Source: Syntrophales bacterium (GTDB lineage: Bacteria; Desulfobacterota; Syntrophia; Syntrophales; UBA4778). From it: a stretch of DNA of 64,000 nucleotides. The DNA lies in the NCBI GenBank assembly GCA_963665615.2, contig CAXXQE010000008.1:372001-436000 (forward strand). Reading direction: 5' to 3'. Of the stretch, positions 1 through 9,647 are shown piece by piece. The translations under genes and the position numbers were made by a program. The stretch's first letter is position 1, and each line of letters opens with the position of its first letter. Below the pieces are notes generated by a model. It made no database searches and was not told the DNA's origin. It saw nothing but the letters and a program-made list of their open reading frames with translations.

Positions 1-831
1 CCGATAACTTGCCGCTTTTGAAATTTGCTTTTTGAAAAGCATCCTATCCCCCTGACGCAAAGCATCACGGGCTATATTATAGCAATCACGAGCCCGAACA
101 TCCCATACTAGACCAAGCGGAAAGTGTTGATCGTGTTTATCTCGAATATATTCCATCCCTCTAGACGATAAGATTTCTCGAGACAGATTATTCTGATGAA
201 GACGATGCGCACCGGCAATAAAACCGCCGTTAAATGCGGTTTTATACTTCAGCGAGATGCGAATCGCCAATTCCCACTCGTCCCTTCCGCGTACTGCGGG
301 ATGTTCATCGAATCCGCCGACCGCTTCAACTGCTGAGCGCCGTATGATGATGGCGGATGAGAGGAACGGGTTGTCACGGTATACGTCTCCGGGGGTTGGA
401 AACTTTAAGCCAGGTCTGCGGATGCCCGGCCGCCGTTGCTTTCCCGTCGCACCCAGGAGACGAAGGTTACTTGACAGAAGCGCTATTTCTGGATATCGCT
501 CCATAAATGCCAGCTGCCTCTCGAGGTTATCCGGCTCCCAAATGTCGTCTTGATCCAGAATGGCAATATAAGCGCCTTTTGCGCGTGAAAGGGCCAGGTT
601 GCGCGGAGCGGCAGGCCCAGCAGTATTGGCCGAGGTTTGGAAGATATGAATCCGTGGATCACTCCAGGACGAAATCATGTCATAGGAGTTATCGGTAGAT
701 CGGTCATCAGCGAGTAGCCATTCAAAATCCTTACACGTCTGGAGCATAACGGAGTCATGACATGCTTCGAGTGTTTCCTGTCCATTAAATATGGCCGTGA
801 TAATACTTACCAAAGGTGATGTAACGCCCAT
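1..831 (-). CDS. GT2 glycosyltransferase, runs off the left edge (not in ORF track)
   Basis: Manual translation from ATG 831: MGVTSPLVSIITAIFNGQETL...LLADDRSTDNS...APRNLALSRAKGAYIAILDQDD; typical GT-A motifs; AAAAGG upstream. Confidence 0.9.
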   Translation of the reverse strand, partial: MGVTSPLVSIITAIFNGQETLEACHDSVMLQTCKDFEWLLADDRSTDNSYDMISSWSDPRIHIFQTSANTAGPAAPRNLALSRAKGAYIAILDQDDIWEPDNLERQLAFMERYPEIALLSSNLRLLGATGKQRRPGIRRPGLKFPTPGDVYRDNPFLSSAIIIRRSAVEAVGGFDEHPAVRGRDEWELAIRISLKYKTAFNGGFIAGAHRLHQNNLSREILSSRGMEYIRDKHDQHFPLGLVWDVRARDCYNIARDALRQGDRMLFKKQISKAASYR

Positions 832-1099
832 CCTTTTACCTTAGTCATAACGCCCTGCCCGGTTGTTTCAAAATGTAAAAAATTCGCACCCCTCGAAAGA
901 CTCCTTAACACATCCTGACATAAAACAAAAGTTCCGCCTTCAAGACAAATAACGGCAGCGACTTCCAGTTTTCCCATAATCAATATGGTGCTCATCATAC
1001 ACTTAATTGTCATCATCTGGTTTCGCTATGCGTTTTTAACCATACTTCACATTACTTATGTTGTCACCTCCACATGAGTACGCCATATAGTCTCCTTCT

Positions 1100-2005
1100 A
1101 TGGAGGGGCGCCACTTGTGTGACATTTCATTTATCATTATTTCATATAATTCTGCGGATACGATCGGACCTTGCATTGATTCAATCATGTCTATGCAGTC
1201 CGGTCTTTCAAAGGAAATCATTGTTATTGACAACAACTCGCAGGACGATAGTGCGAGCGTTATCAGAGAGAAATATCCGCATGTTAAACTGATTGGAAAT
1301 AATAAAAATATTGGTTTCGCAGCCGCGAACAATCAGGCGCTGTCGCTTTGTGCAGGACGTTATCTTTTCTTCATCAACCCTGATGCAAGAATCCGTTCCC
1401 ACTCCATAAAAGAATTTATTGCCTACATGGAAAAACATCCGGAAATTGGTCTTAGCGGCTGCAGGATAATTAATCCTGATAATTCGCATCAGTGGTCCGT
1501 TTCAGACCACTACCCAGGCGCACGGCATACAACGACGGAGCTACGAGAACTGAGTGGTTCTATTGCCTGTGTTCTGGGCGCCGGTATGCTCGCACCAGCA
1601 GGGCTCATTAAGAAAGTTGGAGGGTTTGACGAGGACTTCTTTTTATATGGAGAGGATCAGGATCTCTGTATACGAATCCGCAAACTCGGCCACGAGATTG
1701 GCTATTACGACAACTTCACCATTGCTCACATCGGCGGCCATAGTGAACGAAACACTGATTTTTCCGTTATTTTGAAACGCAAAATTTCCGCGGAGTATCT
1801 TTTTTACAAAAAACATTACCACCCTGATACCATTCGCAAAATCGCCAGAAGTAATCTTCTGCAAGCGAGGTGGCGGATACTAACTATAAAAATGTTTCTA
1901 CCATTCACTGCCGATAGGAGGAAGTCTGTTTACAAACTCAAAAAATATAAAATTGTCTACACGACCGCCAAACAGATTATTTCCCGCCAGCCAACCATCA
2001 AATAG
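1100..2005 (+). CDS. GT2 glycosyltransferase (WbbL/rhamnosyltransferase-like)
   Basis: IIISYN, IDNNSQD, NIGFAAANN, FINPD, GGFDEDFFLYGEDQD motifs. Confidence 0.9.
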   Translation: MEGRHLCDISFIIISYNSADTIGPCIDSIMSMQSGLSKEIIVIDNNSQDDSASVIREKYPHVKLIGNNKNIGFAAANNQALSLCAGRYLFFINPDARIRSHSIKEFIAYMEKHPEIGLSGCRIINPDNSHQWSVSDHYPGARHTTTELRELSGSIACVLGAGMLAPAGLIKKVGGFDEDFFLYGEDQDLCIRIRKLGHEIGYYDNFTIAHIGGHSERNTDFSVILKRKISAEYLFYKKHYHPDTIRKIARSNLLQARWRILTIKMFLPFTADRRKSVYKLKKYKIVYTTAKQIISRQPTIK

Positions 2006-2011
2006 GACTCA

Positions 2012-2953
2012 TCAAGTCGAGCGGCCGTTATTCCGTTTGAGTATCGTATAAAGTCGTGGCCCATTGGATTTATCCTCGCGCGCATTCATCATATTCAGAA
2101 TGTGGCCCGAGTCGATCGCAGGAACAGAAAAATGCCGGGCCAGATCGACGCAGACTGGCAACGCGCCAACGCCTGCACCAACCAGAAAAAGATCAATTTC
2201 CTCGGGTATTGTTGACAAGCGTTTCTCGCTGAAAGATGGCCACCGGGTTGCCACGTAGGCATCAGGAATTTCTGCAAAAGAAAGGGTGGGACGGCTTGAA
2301 AACCGCAAAAACCAATCACGGCAAGCCTCGGCATGGAATTCTGAATTAACCAGACAAACTTTTTTCCCGTCCACAAGCTTCGCGAAAGCCTCTGATACGA
2401 GATATGCATAAACCACATAAAACGGAATGTAGTTATCGACTGAAATCTCGATCTCATGAGTGTGCAGAAATTCGATAAAATCTGAGGCTGCGGAATTATC
2501 ATGTGATTTAGTGAATAATGAAAGAAAGCCCTGTTTGGGAGACCGCGAATTCCCGGGGAATATGAGCGGCGCCATTTTGCCCGTCTTTCCAAGAAGCCGC
2601 ATAGCATTAATATGAAAAGGCATCACCTTTTTGATCTCAGCTTCAGATTGCGCCTGTTGGTAGAGCCCGTTGCACCCTTTTGTGAGTCGATAAAACGCGT
2701 ATTCGCCATCCGCAAAACGGACAACCGGCAATTCCCTATGTGCCTTCATAGCTTCAGCGACCGCATCATGAAGACGCCGGCAATACTCGTTCCCCGTCTT
2801 CACGTCCTTATCAAATAGGCAAATTTCCTCGTTCGCCATTTTGAGATCGTTTATTTTCAGAACAGGTGCATTGTCAATCCCGTCAATTTCTAACCGCTGA
2901 AAACGAAAGTCGCCCCCCTTTATTACCTGATGAAGATAATCCAATGATGCCAT
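2012..2953 (-). CDS. Putative GT-D fold (DUF1792-like) glycosyltransferase
   Basis: VVRFADGE and GAGVGALPVC...AIDSGH resemble the DUF1792 RFGDGE and DIGH motifs; glycan locus context. Confidence 0.55.
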   Translation of the reverse strand: MASLDYLHQVIKGGDFRFQRLEIDGIDNAPVLKINDLKMANEEICLFDKDVKTGNEYCRRLHDAVAEAMKAHRELPVVRFADGEYAFYRLTKGCNGLYQQAQSEAEIKKVMPFHINAMRLLGKTGKMAPLIFPGNSRSPKQGFLSLFTKSHDNSAASDFIEFLHTHEIEISVDNYIPFYVVYAYLVSEAFAKLVDGKKVCLVNSEFHAEACRDWFLRFSSRPTLSFAEIPDAYVATRWPSFSEKRLSTIPEEIDLFLVGAGVGALPVCVDLARHFSVPAIDSGHILNMMNAREDKSNGPRLYTILKRNNGRST

Positions 2954-3207
2954 TTGATTCCCTTATCTGATTTGCGGGCCTAGATGCGCGATCCCTCCGC
3001 ACATCCTGCAGATACCTCCCGCGACATTTGAACAGACCTTCTTGATCATAAATAATGAGCAATTTTTGTATGATAAGAGCCACGTCCATTAATTATTTGC
3101 TAGCTTCTTTTTGTGAAAAGATGTAACAAAGTGTCACTTTTTTATCTTTCTTTACATAGGGAAACCACTATCATGGTGATAGCTCTTGAAGAAAGTGTAG
3201 GCTGTTT

Positions 3208-4635
3208 ATGACTCAAAAAACTGTTGCGATCATCGGTGCCGGACCGGCCGGTTTGACAGCGGCTTATCAGTTAGCCCTCAAGGGCGTTCGTGTCGAGGTG
3301 TTCGAGGCAGATACGGCCGTCGGCGGAATGGCCAGAACCAGTCCCCTATGGGATCAGCTCGTTGATTTTGGGCCTCACAGATTTTTTAGCAGCGATCCCC
3401 GCGTCAATAAAATCTGGCTTGACGTCATCGGTACAAATTACAGTATGGTCAATCGCTTGACCCGCATCTATTATCGCAACAATTTCTTTGACTATCCGCT
3501 CAAAGCCACCAATGCCGTCAGCCGGCTCGGATTTTTCGAAGCGGCCTTTTGTGTTCTCAGCTACCTGAAGGCAAGGATATTCTCCGTCAAAGACGAATCC
3601 ACTTTTGAAGCCTGGGTCTCCAACCGGTTTGGACGCAGACTGTACAGCATTTTTTTCAAGGCATACAGCGAAAAACTCTGGGGAATCCCCTGTACAGAAT
3701 TGGATGCGGATTTTGCTGCTCAGCGCATCAAGAAATTCTCCCTGTTTGAAGCGATGAAATCAGCGCTTTTCAGCTCGGGAGGAACGAAGCATAAAACACT
3801 GGTAGATGAATTCGCCTATCCGCATTTTGGCGCCGGCGCTGTTTACAATGAAATGGCAAAAATAATTTGCGCTCTGGGCGGCAGGATTCATTTGAGCACG
3901 CCTGTGGCCTCAGCGCACCCTGCAGCGACTCCGGATGACAAATCATCGCTGAAACTCGAGGACGGCTCTGAACGTCATTTCGATTACGTCATTTCGTCGA
4001 TGCCGATCACAACCCTCGTAGATCGCATGAGCGCGCCAGCGGCTGTGAAAGAGCACGCGAAAGCGCTTCGTTTCCGCAACACCATCCTTGTTTATTTACT
4101 TGTTGAAGGCACCAGCCCTTTCCCGGATCAATGGATTTATATCCATTCGCCAGAAATGCAAACCGGCCGCATCACCAATTTCAGAAACTGGTTGCCCAGT
4201 ATTACCAGAGGGGCCTCGGACACCATTATCTGTCTGGAGTACTGGTGCTATGACGAGGATGCCATCTGGACGACAAGAGAGGAGGATCTGATCAAACTCG
4301 CCACTCAGGAGGCTTATGGAACATCTTTAATCGCCTCCAGCTCAGTTAAAGACGGCAAGGTCGTTCGCATTCCCAAATGCTATCCCGTCTATGCGTCCGG
4401 CTACAAAGAACATCTGGAACCCGTTGAAAAATTCTTGAGCGCACAGCAGAAGCTATGCGTTATCGGGCGGTACGGTGCTTTTAAATATAATAATCAGGAT
4501 CACAGCATCCTTATGGGGTTGTTGGCGGCCGAAAATGTCGCCGATGGTAAACACCACGATCTCTGGGCGATCAATACGGATTATGAATATCAGGAATCCA
4601 GCAGGATAACGGCAACAGGATTGTCCAAGGCGTAA
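3208..4635 (+). CDS. FAD/NAD(P)-dependent oxidoreductase, UDP-galactopyranose mutase/HemY-like
   Basis: IIGAGPAGLTAA, DFGPHRFFS, GRYGAFKYNNQDHS. Confidence 0.8.
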   Translation: MTQKTVAIIGAGPAGLTAAYQLALKGVRVEVFEADTAVGGMARTSPLWDQLVDFGPHRFFSSDPRVNKIWLDVIGTNYSMVNRLTRIYYRNNFFDYPLKATNAVSRLGFFEAAFCVLSYLKARIFSVKDESTFEAWVSNRFGRRLYSIFFKAYSEKLWGIPCTELDADFAAQRIKKFSLFEAMKSALFSSGGTKHKTLVDEFAYPHFGAGAVYNEMAKIICALGGRIHLSTPVASAHPAATPDDKSSLKLEDGSERHFDYVISSMPITTLVDRMSAPAAVKEHAKALRFRNTILVYLLVEGTSPFPDQWIYIHSPEMQTGRITNFRNWLPSITRGASDTIICLEYWCYDEDAIWTTREEDLIKLATQEAYGTSLIASSSVKDGKVVRIPKCYPVYASGYKEHLEPVEKFLSAQQKLCVIGRYGAFKYNNQDHSILMGLLAAENVADGKHHDLWAINTDYEYQESSRITATGLSKA

Positions 4636-4638
4636 CAT

Positions 4639-5607
4639 ATGAAAAGAATATTGGTCACGGGTGGCGCAGGCTACATTGGTTCCCACACCTGCAAACGTCT
4701 GGCGTCTTGCGGGTACGAACCTGTCTGCTACGATAATCTGTCGACGGGACATGCAGACTTTGTCAAATGGGGGCCATTCGAATATGGCGATCTGCACGAC
4801 TGTGAAAAACTGATAACCGTTCTAAAAACCTATGAACCGATCGCGGTCATACACTTCGCTGCCAGCGCCTATGTAGGTGAATCTGTCGCAAATCCCTTCA
4901 AATATTACAAAAACAACGTCGACGGCACCCTATCTCTTCTCGAAGCCATGCGCCAGGCCGGACAAGCCAGGATCGTCTTCTCCAGCTCTTGTACAACGTA
5001 TGGTGTTCCGGACGTTAAAGTCATTTCGGAGTCATGCCCACAAAATCCGATCAATCCTTATGGACGAACCAAGTTGATGATCGAACAGATCCTCCGGGAT
5101 CTCTCGGAGTGCGGCGAGATCCGTTATATGTCGCTTCGCTATTTTAATGCCGCCGGAGCGGACAGGAACGCTGAAATCGGAGAAAGGCATGACCCTGAAA
5201 CGCACCTCATTCCGCTTGCCATTCGCTCGGCAATGACTCAGGCCCCCCTGGATGTTTTCGGGACGGATTTCCCCACACCGGATGGAACGGCAATCAGGGA
5301 TTATATCCACGTTGAAGATCTGGCCCGTGCGCACCTCCTGTCGGTTGAACGCCTCGTCAATGGCGGATCATCAGACAGTGTCAATCTTGGCACCGGAAAA
5401 GGCACCTCCGTCAAAGAGATCATCATTGCACTCAAGGAGCTAGGGCTCCCTGTCAACGACAGGACTGCGCCGCGACGCGCAGGGGACCCGGCCTGTCTCG
5501 TCGCCGATACCGCAAAGGCCTGCACGATGTTGGACTGGCAGGCCGACTACAAGGACATTAAAGATATTCTCGCAACAGCTGTCAATTGGCACCGTCGCCA
5601 TGATTAA
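4639..5607 (+). CDS. galE: UDP-sugar 4-epimerase (GalE/ExoB/Uxe type)
   Basis: TGGAGYIGSH, YGRTK, LRYFNAAGA, DGTAIRDYIHV. Confidence 0.85.
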   Translation: MKRILVTGGAGYIGSHTCKRLASCGYEPVCYDNLSTGHADFVKWGPFEYGDLHDCEKLITVLKTYEPIAVIHFAASAYVGESVANPFKYYKNNVDGTLSLLEAMRQAGQARIVFSSSCTTYGVPDVKVISESCPQNPINPYGRTKLMIEQILRDLSECGEIRYMSLRYFNAAGADRNAEIGERHDPETHLIPLAIRSAMTQAPLDVFGTDFPTPDGTAIRDYIHVEDLARAHLLSVERLVNGGSSDSVNLGTGKGTSVKEIIIALKELGLPVNDRTAPRRAGDPACLVADTAKACTMLDWQADYKDIKDILATAVNWHRRHD

Positions 5608-6046
5608 GCTTATTATCACATACGCCAGCAATCATGGCGTCGAGTTCATGAAGTACCTCATTGCCAGCGCTGTCGCATTGGCTGTGGATTATGGGTGCTA
5701 TTGGACCTTGGCGCAATCAGGCATTCTTTCATTACCCCAAGCAGCCATCGTCGGCTATACGGTGGGCCTCATCGTTGCATACTTCCTGATCTCCTACAAG
5801 GTCTTCAACAACAGCTGGTTGCAATACAAAAAGCGCTACGAGGTATTGCTGTTTCTGGCGTCTGGGTTATTGGGTATTGCGCTCACTTATACGACAGTTG
5901 CGCTGTTCGTGCTCGGCTTTGGAGAAAGAGTAAACCAGGCAAAACTCCTCGCAATTGCCGTAAGTTTCACCGGCGTGTATTTTTTCAGAAAATATTTCGT
6001 TTTTAAAAGGGCAGAATGTCGTGCTGAACGCACTCCAAAAAAATAA
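5600..6046 (+). CDS. GtrA family lipid-linked sugar translocase
   Basis: About 4 TM helices, FMKYLIAS..ALAVDY N-terminus, AK.LA...YFFRKYFVF C-terminus. Confidence 0.8.
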   Translation: MIKLIITYASNHGVEFMKYLIASAVALAVDYGCYWTLAQSGILSLPQAAIVGYTVGLIVAYFLISYKVFNNSWLQYKKRYEVLLFLASGLLGIALTYTTVALFVLGFGERVNQAKLLAIAVSFTGVYFFRKYFVFKRAECRAERTPKK

Positions 6047-7646
6047 ATCGCGTCAAAGACTTTTTATTTTTCTGGGATTCGTTGCATTGACGCTATCATC
6101 TGCAAAGCTTCGTCTCTGTTTAAATGACGGTGTTCTTAGCGACCTTTTTCATCATGGCGAATATTTTTCTGCCCTGGTATCTCTTATTCATGACACCACC
6201 TTTATTCCCCTAACCATTCACGGTGCACTGGATTACATCCCGGGCCTCCTGTCCATAGCGCTTTTCGGGAAAGGGCACTATTTTTTTGCAACGGAACTGG
6301 GCTTTGCGCTTCTGTCTTGTCTTGCCGCCGTCTTCCTATTTCTGCTGCTTTCAAGATTCGATCTGTCCGGCCCGCAACTGATTGTTGCCGGATTCATCAT
6401 TCCGTGGATGGTAGACTATCGGGATCTTGCTCTTATCATTTTGCTATGGCTCTATTTTGTGTCGATTGATCTGAAGACTGGCGCGAAAAACACTTCTCTT
6501 TTACTATTGCTTGGCCTTGCCGGCACCTTTAATTTTTATTGGTCTACTAACCGGGGGATAGCCGGAACGATCGCAACAGGTTCGGCCCTGCTGCTTCTCT
6601 CTTTCAGAGATAGACGCTATGTTTTGCCTATAGGCGCTTTCGCCATATCGGTGCTGGCTTTATCTTTTGTACATCCCGTACTGGCGTTCAATAACTACAT
6701 CGCCAATCTTTATATCCTGGCAAAAACCTCCTACCAGTGGGGGTACGGGTTACAGGCGGAGTCTGTTGTTCTGTCCATTTACATGGCCCTGATGCTCTCC
6801 GGAATGAATATTCTGATCTTTCATCAATTATTGGTGGGGGAAAGGAAGACAACGAATATAGCCAACTGCCTTTTTTTTATTATTATTTCAGTTTTTTATT
6901 ATCAAATCAGCACTTACAGGGCGGATTCGGTCCATATCCCGATGGGGCTTATCGCCTTTGTCCTTGGAATTTCATACTGGCGTTCGTTACGACTGAAACA
7001 GGATGACCCGGTCGGGAAATTGGACGGTGCTGTTTTATGGGCAACGACGGTTCTCACGGCCGTGGCAGCAATCTGTTATGATATGCGTTATGGCATTTTT
7101 CTTGTGGTATTCCTTTTGACCTTCATCTATCATCTTGAGAATTTTGGCGGAAAAGCCAGAACGGTCATTTTATCCCTTTTTATATTGGCCTTTGTCATAG
7201 TAGCCTTCGACATAGCGCATAAGCATAGCAAGGGTTCCTACAAATGGCTCCCCTATCTTTTCAGCCCTCCACAAAATGCCTTGCTGGCGACAAAGTCTAC
7301 ACAATGGGTGTCCGATCAACTCGTTCAGTACAAAAGCCAGTGCGTCTTCGATATGACCAACAACGGTACGATCAATGCCTTGTCGGATCTTCCGGCCTGC
7401 TCTCGCTTTTCATATATTGTATATGCGGATCGCAGATTTGAAGGAGAGTTGATACGCCGTCTCCAGGAAACCCGTCCGCCGGTTATCGTCTATTCGACAG
7501 ACTATTGGTCCTATCGAATAGACCAGCGGCCGATGCCATTAAGGTTCCCGGAACTGGACAGATGCATCCGAGAGATTTATAAATATGAACGTTGCAATGA
7601 GGGCTACTGCTTGCGCTATCTCTTACCTCCGGAGGGGTCAATCTAG
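6021..7646 (+). CDS. Polytopic membrane protein, putative GT-C/GtrC-like transferase
   Basis: 541 aa, many TM segments, N-terminal loop DLFHHGE, soluble C-terminal domain; follows gtrA. Confidence 0.55.
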   Translation: MLNALQKNKSRQRLFIFLGFVALTLSSAKLRLCLNDGVLSDLFHHGEYFSALVSLIHDTTFIPLTIHGALDYIPGLLSIALFGKGHYFFATELGFALLSCLAAVFLFLLLSRFDLSGPQLIVAGFIIPWMVDYRDLALIILLWLYFVSIDLKTGAKNTSLLLLLGLAGTFNFYWSTNRGIAGTIATGSALLLLSFRDRRYVLPIGAFAISVLALSFVHPVLAFNNYIANLYILAKTSYQWGYGLQAESVVLSIYMALMLSGMNILIFHQLLVGERKTTNIANCLFFIIISVFYYQISTYRADSVHIPMGLIAFVLGISYWRSLRLKQDDPVGKLDGAVLWATTVLTAVAAICYDMRYGIFLVVFLLTFIYHLENFGGKARTVILSLFILAFVIVAFDIAHKHSKGSYKWLPYLFSPPQNALLATKSTQWVSDQLVQYKSQCVFDMTNNGTINALSDLPACSRFSYIVYADRRFEGELIRRLQETRPPVIVYSTDYWSYRIDQRPMPLRFPELDRCIREIYKYERCNEGYCLRYLLPPEGSI

Positions 7647-8215
7647 CTGGTACCGAGAGCCTCCCGAACTTCCTTTTTGATCTTCTCTACATCCAATTCC
7701 TCCAGGCACCGACTGCGCTCCATATCAGCGCACCCTTTTTGGCGACAGGGTGCGCAATCCCTGTCGGGCAGGACAACACGATGTTGCTCTCCTATCGGGG
7801 CCCAGTCCTCCCAACTGGAAGGACTGTAAATGATCACAGTTGGTGTCCCGACAGCAGCGGCAATATGGGGCGCAGCACTATCGGCGCCGATGTGCAACCG
7901 GCTTAGACTTAATACCCCTGCCAGTTCTATCAGTGTTGTTTCCCCCGTGAGATTAACGACATTGTCCGGGCAAGCGGCTTTCAGTCGCTCAGCCTTCTGA
8001 TATTCCCCGGCTGCCCCGACAATAACCGGCGTGACCTTGCCGTCTTGAACGCACCACTGAAGCAGCTCTATCCATTTTTCTTCCGGTAATTCCTTATAGG
8101 ACCATCTGGAAAAAGAATTGACAGTTATCCATGGGGATTCCTCAGAAATCCCCGAGGCTTTTACCTGATTCGCAACTCGGTTCACAACCTCAGAGGGGAC
8201 GCTCTGTCTTCCCAA
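7643..8215 (-). pseudogene. GT9 heptosyltransferase, C-terminal half only
   Basis: RWSYKE, NLTGETTLIELA, GADSAAPHIAAAVGTPTV, CAPC; parallels the C-half of 8297-9376; no room for an N-terminal domain. Confidence 0.7.
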
Positions 8216-8296
8216 CCCAACAGTGCGTCACTCTTCCCTGCTTCAGCTGCGAGGTGTCTGCCCCGAGGGATTAATATAATCAATATTGATTATACC

Positions 8297-9376
8297 CTAA
8301 CAGATTTCGGATAATAATTCCTCAACCGCCAAAATAACCTTTGGAGGATCCAGTTGTTCCAGGCATTGACTGTGACCTGAATCATCGCAACCTGTTTTAT
8401 GACATGGCACGCAGTCTCGTTCAGGAAATATCTGGCGATGGAATAGACCTGGGTGCGCCCAGCCTTCCCAGAAAGACGGTCCATAAATTGTCACAGTCGG
8501 CACCCCCAAGGCCGCGGCTATATTTCCGCCTCCCGTATCAACTCCAATATGAAGAATGCCCCGTTTTATAGTCCCCGCCAATTCGGAAAGGGTGGTTTTC
8601 CCCGCAAAATTACGTACAAAATCACCACATCGCATCCTAAGCTCTTCGGATGCCTCTCGATCTTCAAGCCCACCCACAATGACGGAATACATTCCCCATC
8701 GCTCCCAAAGGCGACAAAGGACTGCACGCCACATGTCCTGACTACACTCTTTATATTTCCAACGTGAGTAAGGACTTATGGTTATATAGCGGTTTGAGGG
8801 CTCCATAGCTGCTTTGTGTAAAAGGCTGTCAACACGTGCGGCTATAACTTCCGGAACGGGGAAAAGCGGAACCTCTCCGGCAATATCCATCCCAAAGGGA
8901 CGAAGAACGCTGAGCGAGTGCTCCGCAGGGCCCCTGTATGGTCCTTCATGGGGAGAAGAAACGGCGAGGTGTGTAAACATCATGTTCCGCCAGAACGGCA
9001 GCTTATAAGACACAGCAAAACGCAGAGGTGCGCCGGAAATCCTGGCCAAGAATGCGCCGCGTTCATCTGCTCGCAGATCAATTGCCAAATCAAAATGACG
9101 ACGCCGCAATTGTTTCAAAAATTTGATCTGCGCCCCGAGAGACTTCGGCCCGTTGCCCTTGGGTTGCTCAACCTCGATAATCCCCTCCAATAGAGGATTC
9201 CCCTCAAGAAGCCCCCCTCGCCCTCTCCGTGTCAAAAGGAAAATTTTTGCCTCCGGCAACTTAGCCTTAACCGCATAGATTGAAGGCCACGTCCAGACGA
9301 CATCTCCTATATCGCCCAGTTGAACCATCAAAACTCTTTTAACGCCCCGAAGATCGGGGACACTGCCTCCAGACAT
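8297..9376 (-). CDS. GT9 LPS heptosyltransferase (WaaQ/WaaF-like)
   Basis: QLGDIGDVV, FDLAIDL, GKTTLSEL, GVDTG..NIAAALGVPTV. Confidence 0.9.
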   Translation of the reverse strand: MSGGSVPDLRGVKRVLMVQLGDIGDVVWTWPSIYAVKAKLPEAKIFLLTRRGRGGLLEGNPLLEGIIEVEQPKGNGPKSLGAQIKFLKQLRRRHFDLAIDLRADERGAFLARISGAPLRFAVSYKLPFWRNMMFTHLAVSSPHEGPYRGPAEHSLSVLRPFGMDIAGEVPLFPVPEVIAARVDSLLHKAAMEPSNRYITISPYSRWKYKECSQDMWRAVLCRLWERWGMYSVIVGGLEDREASEELRMRCGDFVRNFAGKTTLSELAGTIKRGILHIGVDTGGGNIAAALGVPTVTIYGPSFWEGWAHPGLFHRQIFPERDCVPCHKTGCDDSGHSQCLEQLDPPKVILAVEELLSEIC

Positions 9377-9500
9377 TGAAAAATTCCTCCAAAATATGGG
9401 CGAGAGTAGTATTGGCCCTGGTTTCTGTCAACCCTTTATTGTTCCTTAGTTTATCATTGAAAAAACATCTCCCCCCGTGTTATGTGAAAGGGGTTTGGTA

Positions 9501-9612
9501 TAGACATCAGACCTTTGACTTCAGACGCAATTCTGTTGGAAGTTTCGCGAATTTTGCCTTTAATTTTTAATCCAACGTCCAACGTCTTGAGCCTGACGTC
9601 TAGCGTCAATAA
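9501..9612. repeat. Inverted pair of degenerate 7-mer arrays
   Basis: TAGACAT CAGACCT TTGACTT CAGACG (9501-9527) versus TCCAACG TCCAACG TCTTGAG CCTGACG TCTAGCG (9571-9605). Confidence 0.55.
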
Positions 9613-9647
9613 CCTCAAGCCTGTCTTGATTTGGAAAGGAGATTATT

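Noticed and set aside
807..1016. 69-aa ORF upstream of the first GT2
   Set aside because: No motif; overlaps the GT2 start in another frame; probably the divergent promoter region
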